A stretch of DNA of 64,000 nucleotides from Ascidiella aspersa. Lineage: Eukaryota. Under the pieces are notes generated by a model. It did not search any database and had not been told where the DNA came from. It was given only the letters and a program-made list of their open reading frames with translations. Below are positions 35,901 to 47,975 of this stretch, piece after piece (the stretch's first letter is position 1; the number at the start of each line of letters is the position of its first letter). Made by a program: the position numbers and the translations under genes. The stretch covers positions 21,266,001 to 21,330,000 of the forward strand of contig OZ004613.1 in the NCBI GenBank assembly GCA_963924565.1, written 5' to 3'.

Positions 35901-38900
35901 TCGGCGAGCTATAGCCGAAGTTTCGAACGGGGGTTTGGGCTTGTGGTGTGCTGAGAAACAAAAAAATTCGCCCTTTAAAAGGGTAAGTTGTTTGTTGTAC
36001 AGGAAAATATAATCATATTTCCTAACTTCAATATCGGCCAAAGTATCGGCCTACATTTACCGATACCGATATATCGGTAGACGCCAAATATCGGCCGATA
36101 CTATCGGTAAACCGATATATCGGTCTATCTCTAATATTAACAGTGTATTTAAAAAAAATACACGTTTTTTCTGGAAGCACTCGAGTGCCTAGCCAAACAG
36201 TTTGAGCCGTTGTTTAAAAAAACGCAGCGGCACCTTAAAAGAAACGCAAGGCACAGAATAATTGTTATTTTTTATAATTGTCCTGTGCCTTCCCTTATCT
36301 TAGATATCAAAATACGTTGCATATCAAAAGCAGTTGTTGAGTAAATTACGCATTACACTGGTGATATACTTAAAATTGCTTTTGCAACCATATTATTGGA
36401 GTGGGATTTCATTTCTTAGAATGCACAACAAAGGATAGTCAGAATGATTAATAAGAGAACAAAACAGTTTAAAACAAATTGACGTTAAAAAGTTATGTCG
36501 TAACGTGGTAAACACTCAATTGAAACAACCTGATGTTTTCGAACGAACTTGTGGACAAATATGAAAGACTTTAAAATTTAATCATGCGAAAATAAAAAAG
36601 GGTCCCTAATAAAATGAAGAAGTGGGCGCGAGTCACAGTCGCTTCAAGGATTAAAACATTACTCACCAGTAACAAAATACACATCGGCTGACCACAGTTG
36701 TAAGTAAGACGGTCATTTGCTAGTAATTTCTCATAAGCGGTACATGCTCAAAATCATGATAAGAACCACTGCCTAGAACTCGGGTATCATTTTTGTTGAC
36801 ATAAACCGGGCACCGCTTAAACTGGTCACCTATATCCAGACTTGGACAACAAGATAATTCTAATTTTCTAATTCAATGAATTAGAGCAAAATGAAGTTAA
36901 TTCTACTCTACTTTGTGAATTGCTTGTGTGATCTAATTCTAATTCAAATCTAATTCGGATTACACCATTTTATTTTTAGTCTCTCAGTTCAAAAAAAATA
37001 ATTTAAATTAAAACTCTTTGGTTGGAACGACTTTTTTGTCATTTTTACAGTCTAAAAAGAATCGAAATTAGTTCGTACATATACTATTCACGTTCGTATT
37101 AGAACAATTTGAGGTTTAAATTAAACTGATTGTGACTAAATAAATGAAAATCTAGTTTAAATTTGATTTTTCATGAATTCGGTAATTCTTATTCTAATCT
37201 AATTTGAAAAAAATCAAAACGATCAATTCTAATTCTAATTTATAATTTGGAAAAACTAAAATGCTCCAATTTTAATTCTAATCTAATTTTAAAATGATTA
37301 AATCGCCTATATACTGAATTCAAATGATGCGAGCCTATATCTGAATTCAAATGATGGGATTTGTATTAAATGTTTGATAAAAGAAACCTTTCGTTGGGCG
37401 GTCCAACATCCATTGGGTGACCGCGAACATCGATTGGATCTCTTGGCGGCAGAGGCCTCTCTCCCTCTCGCAAACCAAGTCCCGGTAATGGACTTCCGTT
37501 CGGCCGGACGTCCTGTAAGATGGCGCGAAAACAGTTTTGTTGTAAATTTAAAGTTCATTAGGTATAAAAATGTGGTCTCGTAAGATAATCTTTCGACAAA
37601 AGATGGAGAAAAAAAATGAAATACAAAATACATTATATAGGAGATTGTTTTCTGGGAATTACTTTATTTTTCGAGAAGCGTTTTCGAAAAGTTTATTGTC
37701 GGACATTTATCCATTTTGGACCAACCGCGAAGTTAAACGTTTCTATCAATGCGGGTTTAATGGCCGCTTAAAAATTGTGTACCCTTTTCAGCACAATGTA
37801 AAGGTTATTTTACAGAAACCACAAATGTGCCGTTGTCTGCAGTTGGGCTTTTTTCACATAACTGAACGCCTTTCTAGACTGACAGTTGAATGAATTGTTG
37901 AGATTGCAATGAACCCAAATGGGTTTACGAGATTCTATCAACAAACAGAACTAGTCAAGTTTTTACGTGACCCACTTGATAATGTTATCATTGGTAAAAT
38001 ACGATTTTTTAGCAACTAGTTGTGTGGTCGGGGTGTTAAAATCAAGGTCTAGTCACACCGAAATAGGACTAATGTATAACAATAGCTATAATGAGGTCTA
38101 ATTTTGAATATGGCCTAAACCAGGGGTCGGCAACCTTTCGTACGCTGTTTGCCCGATTATAAATAATGTCAAAATGATAACAACTCGCGTGTCCAACATT
38201 GTTCTATGTTTGGTTTTGCACTGGCAATCAGGGCTGCGGAGTTGGTTAAAAACAATCCGTGTCCGACTCTGGCCGATATGAGATTTCATCGCGTCCGGAG
38301 TCCGACTCAGCCTCTGTATTTCACCAATTTACGTAACTAAAATAAGGTATTCAGCAATCCACTCATAGGGTCATGGAAAATATGCCTCAAGCATATGCTA
38401 TTCCACCTTAACAATTTACAGTTTGCTGCCTAAATCAGTTTCGAATATTGCTACTGCGTATGCGCACACTTCGGACTCGGGTAGTTTTACCTGGTCTTAC
38501 TCGAGTCCCGAGTTCGACTCAGCAGCCGTGCTGTGATCTGACATCTAATTTATGTATCTTTTTTGAAATACACTTCGATGCTTTTAAGCCGATACCTAGA
38601 AGTGTTAACTATCAGTTTCGCTTTTTGTTGGTTTCTCAGTCGCACCAAAAACACGTGCTTACTTTTAATGTAGAACAGTGATTCTCAAACCTTTTTTGCG
38701 TACGGACCGGTAAAATATTAAAACAATTTTTGCGGATCGATAGACCTTCAAAAATTAAAATCAACCCAAAATGTAATTATCACAAAAGTATACAACTTAA
38801 AAGCATATAACGAAAACTTCAATGTAATGAGAAATTTGCTGCTGTCTTATTGATATCACACGGGTTATACGTGGTTCTATTGAAGTTTTTCACATACAAC

Positions 38901-41900
38901 TGGTCTTAAAGTTTAAGACTTAAACAAGTTGTAGCATACTTTTAAACAATTGGGCACAACACTTGCAGCATTGTGACGTACGATAAAGTTCAAAGTAGAC
39001 CATTAACTCTATGTTACGTCCAAATGCTGCAAATTACGGAACTATATATAAGTTCTAAATTTGATGGACAAGCCTTCAACATCTTGCTTTTTGCAATTGA
39101 GATATAAATTTGTAATAAATTTGGCGGACCGGCGGGAAAGTTAACGCGAACCGGCGGTTGAGAACCACTGATGTAGAATGCCCTGCTTTAACGTAGTAAA
39201 CGTTACGACAAATTTGGGGCATTGTGACGTAATACAAACGGTTATTGGTAAACAACGAGTATAACGCCCACAAAAAATAGTATTAAGTACAACACAGTTA
39301 ATACACTTATTTGTGACACGAACTGGCAATGTGTGCAACCATTTAGTTAGCGCTAGTGTTAGTGATGTAATAATAATGTTAATGATGTGGCAGTGATGTA
39401 ATGGTTGCACTTTCTTAAGGTGGTATGACGTGCGCGTAAAATCATTTGGCGTGCTATGCAAAATCATCTTGCGTGCCATGTCGGGGTAAGACCTAAATGG
39501 TATATAGATTTATATGTAATTATGTATGCTCATAAATGTCCACCAGTTGGTCGGTCATTCGGAATGTTAGAGTTGTACTAATGGGAGAAGTTTATGCGGC
39601 GGTTATTTCAAATAGTTAAATGAGATCGTGTTTATCCGCAAACACGAAATGGGGGCGTCTTTGGTATTATGTATGACGTGCTTAGGCCAGAGTAGCGAGC
39701 TAAATCTGATATTTAGTCGACCCAACGAAGACACACTATACAGCATTGCTTTTTGCTTACTTTTTATCGGTTTTAAACAAGGCATCAGCAAACTTACTCG
39801 GGATGGTAAAACCTTTTTTGAGTTTTTTTAACACATTTCGCAAACTTTCGAGTTTATTTTAACGGTAGTTACCACACATCGCCGGAACAAAATCAGTAGC
39901 CCAAGCAACATTTTATTATACCTAGTTTAAGTCAATATTGTATTAAACTGGTAAACATATCATTTAACCATGTTAACGTCCGATATTTCGTAATACACTT
40001 TAAAGCTCACCCCTTCTAGTCTGGGTCCGTCACCTGCAGCGAGAAGTGGCTGAATCGGGTTTTGTCTGTGTAGCATTTTCTACATAATAAGGAAAAAGTA
40101 TAACAATAATTGCATCAAGGTTGGGAGTACCAGAACACATATTACATTAAAGAAAAACCCACATTTGTTTCCTAACAAGAAAACATATAAGCTAGTGAAA
40201 AACACTTGGGTTGTATCCAGACATGTTTTATCTGATCTTATGATTGCAAGCTCCAAAGGGGTCTTTCCTTTTTCATTCAAAAATAGCTATAATATGTAAA
40301 CTTGACATGCAGTATTTAACAGATATAAACGAGATGATGTCTTGGCGAAATGGGTTCCTTTTTTTTTTTATTAATCTTTGAGACCAAATATAGCAATTAT
40401 GACAATTATACAATGCACAAAATAGCACAATAGTTTGACCAATGGTTATCAACGCCACAAAATCGTTACCATTGCAATCTCTGGATCAACAATTCTCATG
40501 ACGACCTGTGCTTGCAACAAAGCATACGCAAGTTGTGGATTTTGCAGCAGCATGTTTCTTGCTTCAACTGGATTATTTTGGATACATTGCTGAAAAATAA
40601 ATCACCTCTTCAATAGACAACCTAAGCTGTAAAGGGTGAAATAAAATGCTCTGTAGCCACCTTCTAACCACAAAAGGCTGTTTTTTTTAATTTTAGGCGT
40701 AGTTATATAATGTATTAGAACAGTGCTTCCCAACCAGTGGGTCGCGAAGCATTTCTAAATGTTACAGTTTTGTGTTTGATCAGGAGATTATTGCATTATC
40801 ATTAGGTAACATTGCGTGTGAGCTTGTCTCCAATCAAGCGTTGTGTTGATCTGATAATATCCAACTTGAAATCTCAAGTTTTGCGTTAATAGTAAATTGC
40901 ATGGGATACATTGTTTCTTTTCTCATTATTTTTTTTTTTATTTGTTTGGTCATGTCTTATTGTGGGTCACACAATAAATTTGCATTAAAAGTGGGTCACG
41001 TCTGAAAATAGTTGTATTAGAATACCTTCATTTGCTTCATGAGTTCAAACATTTGCTCTGGGGGAAGACTAGCCACTGCTTTGCTTATTGCTTCTGGAGC
41101 ATCTTGCGGTGCTGTTGGTTCTCCGAATTCCGATTCCACTGGTGGGCCCATTGCTCGAAAGTTGTTCACATCATCCTGGCAAAGATTGTATGAAATTTAA
41201 AATGTCATTTATGAGTCTAGTTCAGTGGTTCTCAAAGGCAGCCACTTGGCTCACTTTGGGGGGAATTTAAAATTTTGGGGAGGACATTTTTTCAAGGGAG
41301 GAATTGGGGAGGAAAAGTGGATAAAAATGGATCACTTTTTAATATTTGGTATTTAACACATTTAACTAAGTGCGCAAAGTTTAAATGGGAACGTCTACTT
41401 ACCATATAAACTTACGTCATAATAGACTCTGTGTGGTTTACAATATCGATTGTTTTGTCACAGTGAGTAAAGTTCATTAGCATCAGGTGTCTGTTTTAAT
41501 CTGTTTGTTTGTTTTAGCATGGTTATAAGTAAGTAAAAGTAATAAAGAAAGGGAAATTCGGCAAAATGCCAAGCCAATGCTCGAGAGCAAATTTAACCAA
41601 TTCACTCATTTAAAAAACAGCTAATGTGGTTGGATCCACAAGTTTGTGCAAAGTATGACAAAGTAACGGTTGCAGAGCATACACTTCTTCCATTTCCGAC
41701 TACATATTTAGTTGAATGTGGTTTTAGTGACATTACAGATATTTTGACCAAACAGAGGAACACTTAAGATTTGCAAACGCGGAGATCTTCGGGCTAAACT
41801 GACATGCTTTTTTTTAAACATGAAGCTCATGGTTCACATTAACAATGAAAACACTTTGTAAATTCGTTATGTAAATTTTGTTCGGTAAAATTGCTCTTTG

Positions 41901-44900
41901 CGTTTTTTATTGCTTTATAATCGTACCCTACTTTGGTATTGTTCACTGTTATCTCTGAGATAAATCATAAAAACGCATCTTGCACATCATATCCATGGTA
42001 CTGTGAAATTTTGGCAATATACCTTTTTGGGATTTTTTTGGGAGGAATTAACAGTCTATGAGTCTTTAAGGGAGGAATATGAAAAAAACTTTGAGAACCA
42101 CTGGTCTAGTTCAATTCTCAGCAACACTTGTGCCGTCTCATAATTCTAAGACTCGGGACCATACTAACCTTGCTAAGTAATCCATGGTGAAACTTGGACA
42201 ACACATTTTGTTAGGTTAAAATAAGAAACCTTTTTAACTTTCCAAAATGGCGTTTTATCAATATAAAAGATTAGGATTGTATGGCTTAAAATAGTAGTGT
42301 GCAATCTTTTTAGTTTTTACCGAAGGTCTTTTATTTTTTAATACGTTAGACTGAAGTGAATGTACAATTTATTTAGGGGACAAAGTTTACAAGATGATTG
42401 TCATTCCACATACAGACAGTTACATCACAAAACAAGAGTAATAATAAAAAACCTACACTTTTCAAGAGTATTTTAAAACAGTTATAATACCTTTAATGGT
42501 ATAATCGAATTTATTACATTAGTCCTAAAATAACCTAGGAAAATATTTAAACAATTTTCCATTTTTTTATTTTAGAGTGGATTCACAATGTAAAATAAAA
42601 TGATTAACTAAAATGCTGACATTTTGTTAACTATATGGTTTGGGTCCCTCTTGCTGTGTGTATTACATTAGAATAAGTCACCAATTTATTTTTTGCCTTA
42701 TTTTCTATGCCTAACAACTAACAAGACACTTAAAGGTCATATAAACTGGCATGCTGAAGTTTTTGTTAAAAAAAAAAAATAAAAAAGCCAAAAATATTTT
42801 CCCTCAGCTAATATTGAGTGATCAAAAATCATTTTCACAGTTCGCCAAAATAAAAAAAAAACTGTCATAATTCCAAGTTTATGGTTTTGAGAAAAACGCA
42901 TTTTAAAGTTTTTTTTTGTTTTAAAAAAGTTTTTCTTTTTGTTGACAACTTTTGTGTTTATTAACAAAACGGAATAATTTGAATATATAATATTAAGTAC
43001 TACATACTAAAAGTAGTCATAACAAATATTATATATTAAAATCGTTTTTTTATAGAGTTACAACAGTTTTTCAGAATTGAAGGAAGTTACAACACTTTCC
43101 AACCACCCACTGTAACTACTTTTTTTAAAATACTGCGGTTTAACTTCCAAAATACCCAACAAAAACAGAATACCATGATATTTCACACCCGTTTGTTCTG
43201 TTTTTGATGGTTTCACCCATTGTTATGCTACTAAACTAGTCTTAAGTCGCTACTTTGGTTATTTCATAAAACGGTGGTAACTTTACAAAGAAAGGAACAC
43301 AAAATCCTAAACTATCGTAAATAGACACATACAACACTTTTTAGCAATTTTATGAGAAACAATTGGATCTACTACACTTTTAAGAAATTCATATCTCGAA
43401 AACTAAAGATACAACACTATTCGAAAAAAACGCGGAACAATTTCATTAGTAAAATCCAAAAAAACAATTTTGGCATTTTTGGACTTACGACAGCTTTTGT
43501 TATTAGCGACAATTTCTAGTTCATTATTTATGAAGAAATTGTTATAAATATTTTCTTTATTTATTATTATCATTCAAATTTATGAAGTTGAAAAAATTTT
43601 ATACCCAGCCAGAGATTGTCAATTCTTGCAGTCATCCAGTCTGCTATCAGCAGACATTACAGTTATCTGGACGTTTTTAACAAAAGTTTGATGACTCCTG
43701 GCTTAGTGGATCAGATTACATTATTATATTTTTGATTTCATCTCACAGCTGGCATTACAAAGATTGTTATTCGTTTAAACTAAATATGTTGGACCATTAA
43801 GGGACATTTCAAAAAATGCGAAAAAATGGCAGTTTTTCTGCATTTATTAAGGAATTAAACTATTTAACACCAAAATTTAAATCTGTCTTACTGCACAATA
43901 CAAAATTACCATATCAGAGGGCAATTTGTGATGACATATTTAGCAGAAAATTTTGAGCAATAAACAAAAGTGAGCATCTATGAATGCTGAAAACCCAAAA
44001 TCAACTATTCAGGTATTTATTAGTTGGGGAGTAAAATTCATTAGGACTTTGTGAACCCCATAGCTTTCAGAAAAATGCTAACCCAACTATAAAAAACAAA
44101 TGTTAATTTCAAAGTAATAAATATTCCAGTGACTAAATACAAAAGGAAATACAACAAAGCTGGTGCATATAACCAGATATATACATACACATGAATGTGG
44201 AAAAGCTGTAATCTAGCTTTTCTGGCGTCATCTTTTATCAATAATAACAGCTTACATATCATCATAGTACACAGGGATTCTACAAAACTAACCAAATCAG
44301 TCAACCATTTAAAGAATTTCATGCAAGCAAGACCAAGTCAAGGAAAACTAGCCTGCGGTTGAGTTTAAACTCACAATGAATGTAGTACTAGAGATGCCCT
44401 TCAAAATAACGTTGTTTGTCCCAACAAAATGCAGTCAACTTTTATGTTGTGATTGTTTTGCTAATTTTCTGCTCTGTTATATCAGTTGGTAGAGCTGTGG
44501 TAACTACATTGCCATCGCCTTGAGTTCAACTAACCACAAGCTAGTTTTTTAGCGAGACTTTTTTGAAATCCTTATGATTTGACTGATTTTGGTTAGTCTA
44601 TTAAAGGCTTCTGATGAGTGCAGTTAACATTATATATATAAGTACAGGTAATAAAATATAAGTAAGTTGAAAAGAAACTACAGCAGGGTACCAGCTGCAC
44701 GCAGCCCACCCCTAATTAAAAGACTAAAAAATGAAGTAAAAAGATACCTAAGCTAAAATATTACCAAACTGTTGTAAAGAGTATATTTATGCAGAAGTGT
44801 GATACACAATTTTCATGCTTAAATAATTCAATATGATTTAATCTGACCTGGAAATTGGTGCGATTTTTCTCACTTGTAGCATGATCAACACGGAGTGACC

Positions 44901-45385
44901 TGCCATGCAATTCCCTTCCATTTAAATTCCTCATTGCACTCATTGCTGTTTCCTGGTCTTGATATTCAGCAAAACCATAACCTTTCGGTTTGCCAGATTC
45001 TCGGTCAAATACCAAGCTGAAATTTAATTTAAAAATTATATTTTCAAATAATCGTACACTTAATATTTATTAATACTTCATAATTATTACCGAAAGCTGA
45101 CCACATTTCCAACTTCATTAAATGTATCTTTAAGCTGTTCTTCTGTTGCCTCATAAGGAATATTTCCAACTGTAACAAGTAAAATTATTGAGTAAACATG
45201 TGGTCAAACAATAAATGAAAAAGTATTATAATAAGTTTTCTATTCAAATTGTGAAACATTGTAATATTTAGTTTAGTTTAACACACAGTGGCACCAGAGA
45301 ATAAAAAACAGATATACCTACCAAAAACTGATCTTACAGATCTTTCGTAGTCAACTGGGTCTCGATCTCTCATAGACATCATCAT
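32960..45385 (-). CDS. CSTF2: Cleavage stimulation factor 64-kDa subunit, ~449 aa, 10 exons
   Basis: Exons 45385-45322, 45169-45091, 45016-44848, 41175-41026, 40589-40470, 40079-40011, 37512-37388, 35432-35257, 34052-33772, 33076-32960; all in phase (1350 nt). RRM ([29 protein letters not shown]), hinge ([29 protein letters not shown]), Pro/Arg/Asp-rich region and C-terminal domain ([19 protein letters not shown]). Confidence 0.95.
33165..33517. mobile_element. hAT-type MITE in the last CSTF2 intron
   Basis: TIRs cagcggttctcaac / gttgagaaccactg; TSD ccttagaa / gcttagaa. Confidence 0.8.
34444..35218 (+). mobile_element. Internally deleted hAT element (SPIN/GTF2IRD2-like transposase remnants)
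   Basis: TIRs cagaggcgtgcaac / gttgcacgcccctg; perfect TSD gtctaaac; decayed coding pieces [12 protein letters not shown] and [13 protein letters not shown]. Confidence 0.8.
35514..37305. repeat. Two oppositely oriented copies of an (AATTAG)-rich MITE in CSTF2 intron 7 (~35514-35890 and ~36839-37305)
   Basis: Both carry the terminus gacttggacaac. The attagattag/aattagaatt tracts of copy 1 are reverse-complemented (ctaatctaat/aattctaatt) in copy 2. Confidence 0.6.
38676..39170. mobile_element. hAT-type MITE
   Basis: TIRs cagtgattctcaa / ttgagaaccactg; perfect TSD atgtagaa. Confidence 0.85.
41223..42103 (+). mobile_element. Internally deleted hAT element retaining a dimerisation-domain fragment
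   Basis: TIRs cagtggttctcaaag / ctttgagaaccactg; perfect TSD gtctagtt; [22 protein letters not shown] readable at ~41684-41762. Confidence 0.85.
44470..44630 (+). mobile_element. Degenerate tRNA-derived SINE copy
   Basis: A-box-like tcagttggtagagc and B-box-like gagttcaac, followed by a gactgattt tail shared with the copy at ~2282. Confidence 0.45.
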
Positions 45386-46899
45386 GTTTATTAACGGTGG
45401 ACTGTTAACTTTTAAAAATGTAATATTTTGATGAAAAATACCTGCATCACATCAAGGTTAAAAATGTGTTAATCTGATATCCGATTGTGCCAGCAAGAAG
45501 GCAGTTCAAGGGAATGAAAAGGTTATCAGGTGTTGTGTTAGCGCATAGCCATCAGCCACTGCGGAAAGTATGGCAAGTTCACCCGGGATTTTTTTTAACC
45601 TTTTAAAAGTCCACCCTAAAAAAAATCTTAACTGCAACCCAATTATGTGAAACACCTGTGCACCCTTAATTATCGCATTGGTATATACGTTTAAAGTGTA
45701 ACGTATGCAATAAAGAGTGCATTGGGAAATGATTAAGTCCACCTGGAAAATTGAAAGTGCACCCGGTAACACAGTTTTTTTTAGGTGGTGCACCCATGGG
45801 TCTTGTCAAGATTTGTCATATTTTCCAGGCTGGGCCATCACTCATTAGTGCCCCAAATTAGTTGTTTTGTTAGGCTGACAAATCACGAGAAGTCGAAAGT
45901 TGGTGATTTAATCTTTATCACGTAAAGTTGGCATATTTCTGGAGGCCTAATGGTGCTTATTTAAATTTGGGGATGCAGATGGCCGAGGTGGCTATTTTGA
46001 CAAACACTTGTAAAAAATCTGGCGCTGTCTAGAATCCTACCACATTTTCGTATCATGTTAATGTCACGTTGTGGATTATCCCTTGCGCAGTTTCACTAGG
46101 GTTCCTCTTTTTCCCGGAACTTTTTTACTTCAGAAGAAATTATATGACTTTTCGTGTTGGTGTTTTTTAAACGCAAAATTAATCGTAGTTGTACTCACTA
46201 GTCTGAAAAGTATGGCAGATCTCGTGGGTGCATGGCTGAAAAAATCCGGGTGATCGGGTGCAACAAAGGTAAAAGAAGTGCTCCTCGGGAGCAATTTTAA
46301 ATTCTAGGGTGCACTTTGTGATTTTCCTATGTACTCTGTATTTCATATTAAACTGTAAACGTATGCCGCATAAGTGTTTTACATATTTGGGGTGTAGTTC
46401 AGATTATTTTAGAGGTGCAAATTTAAAATACCTTTAAAAAATGTTTATTTTAGTCCCGTTTCTCTCTGCAAAAACAACAGGGGGCTTGGTGCAGTCTCGC
46501 AGTGACCTGTTTATGATTCCCATACAATAATAGGTAAAATAATTTTAATGAATTTTTCCGCTGGTAAGCGCAAATAAAGCAACTCGGGCAACGACTTTAA
46601 TAGGTTTGGTAATATTTTTTTTTCCTCATATTAATTAAAAACGACAAGTTTTTTTCAGTTTTGCTATGTTGCCGAAAAACCGAAATTATAAAAAGAAAAA
46701 TTCCTGAGATTCGGGATCGTTGTTTAGCGGGTAATCCCGGGAATTTCCCGTCGAAACATTTTTAGAAGGCGCCAACTTAAAAATCGAAGTGCAATGCGTT
46801 CAGCTGCGAAAGTTTTTGTGAAATTTAAAAAATAGAGAGATTGTAATTTGCTACGTAATTGAAAAAATCTCAGGTGCGCACCTGACACAGAATAAAGAC

Positions 46900-47790
46900 A
46901 CCAAAAGCTAGTCAGCAAATAATTTCTGGCAGATTATTTCAACGTCAAAATAAACTTAATTACGTATATTTTTTTCGAAAAATAATTTTACCACCGTCTT
47001 GAGAATGGACTATGTTTCTTAGATTTTGAAAAAAAAAATTAATATTCGAAAAAATATTAATATTCAATATTAATATTCGCCATAAAAAATAAATTAAAAA
47101 TTTCATCCCAGGTTGAAACTAATTTTTTTAAGTAGCGCAGGAGTAAACCTTTCCAATGATGCCTCGCTTGCTATAAATTTGTTGGGGAGTAAGGGTTTAA
47201 TTCGGCAAAAACCGATATTAATATTCATGACATATCGCGATAATTTTTGAAAGTCTCTAGTACCCTTATTAAAAATCACAATCGAACGAAACTTTCACAC
47301 GTTCATTTTCAAAGGCGTAGTTTGCCAAAGAACAAAAAAATATAAAAAATTTCAAAGTTTTAAAAATTTCATATTAATCTATTAATAGTCCCGATATCGC
47401 GATTTTTCACCCAAAAAACATCCGACCACAATAGGCACAAATAATTTTCATCCCACCATAAAATCAAACACATTGCATAGACATTGATCTCACCTTTCCA
47501 ATGATGCCTCGCTTGCTATAAATTTGTTGGGGAGTAAGGGTTTAATTCGGCAAAAACCGATATTAATATTCATGACATATCGCGATAATTTTTGAAAGTC
47601 TCTAGTACCCTTATTAAAAATCACAATCGAACGAAACTTTCACACGTTCATTTTCAAAGGCGTAGTTTGCCAAAGAACAAAAAAATTTAAAAAATTTCAA
47701 AGTTTTAAAAATTTCATATTAATCTATTACCGGTGATAGTCGCGATATCGCGATTTTTTACCCCAAAAGGGGTAGTTTGTCAAAGAACAA
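46900..47790 (+). repeat. Left TIR: 247-bp outer domain plus ~1.7 copies of a 345-bp unit
   Basis: Unit start acctttccaatgatg at 47147 and 47492; the second copy decays after 47729. Confidence 0.95.
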
Positions 47791-47975
47791 ATGCTACTTA
47801 TTGAAGATAGTTTCCACAAATATAAAAGATATATTACACTTATTTCCACGCAACAACAGAAATAAGCAAACATACTTTTAAATTTGGGTTATTTTTTGTT
47901 GTTCATTTTTTACCAATTTAAAAGTTTACAAAAAATATTCTTACCAAATATTTGTTCATCATGTGTTGTTGTTTT

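Noticed and set aside
40230-40280. Ankyrin-like GKTPLELA motif in ORF 40080..40280
   Set aside because: Single short match inside a CSTF2 intron with no flanking repeats or exon structure.
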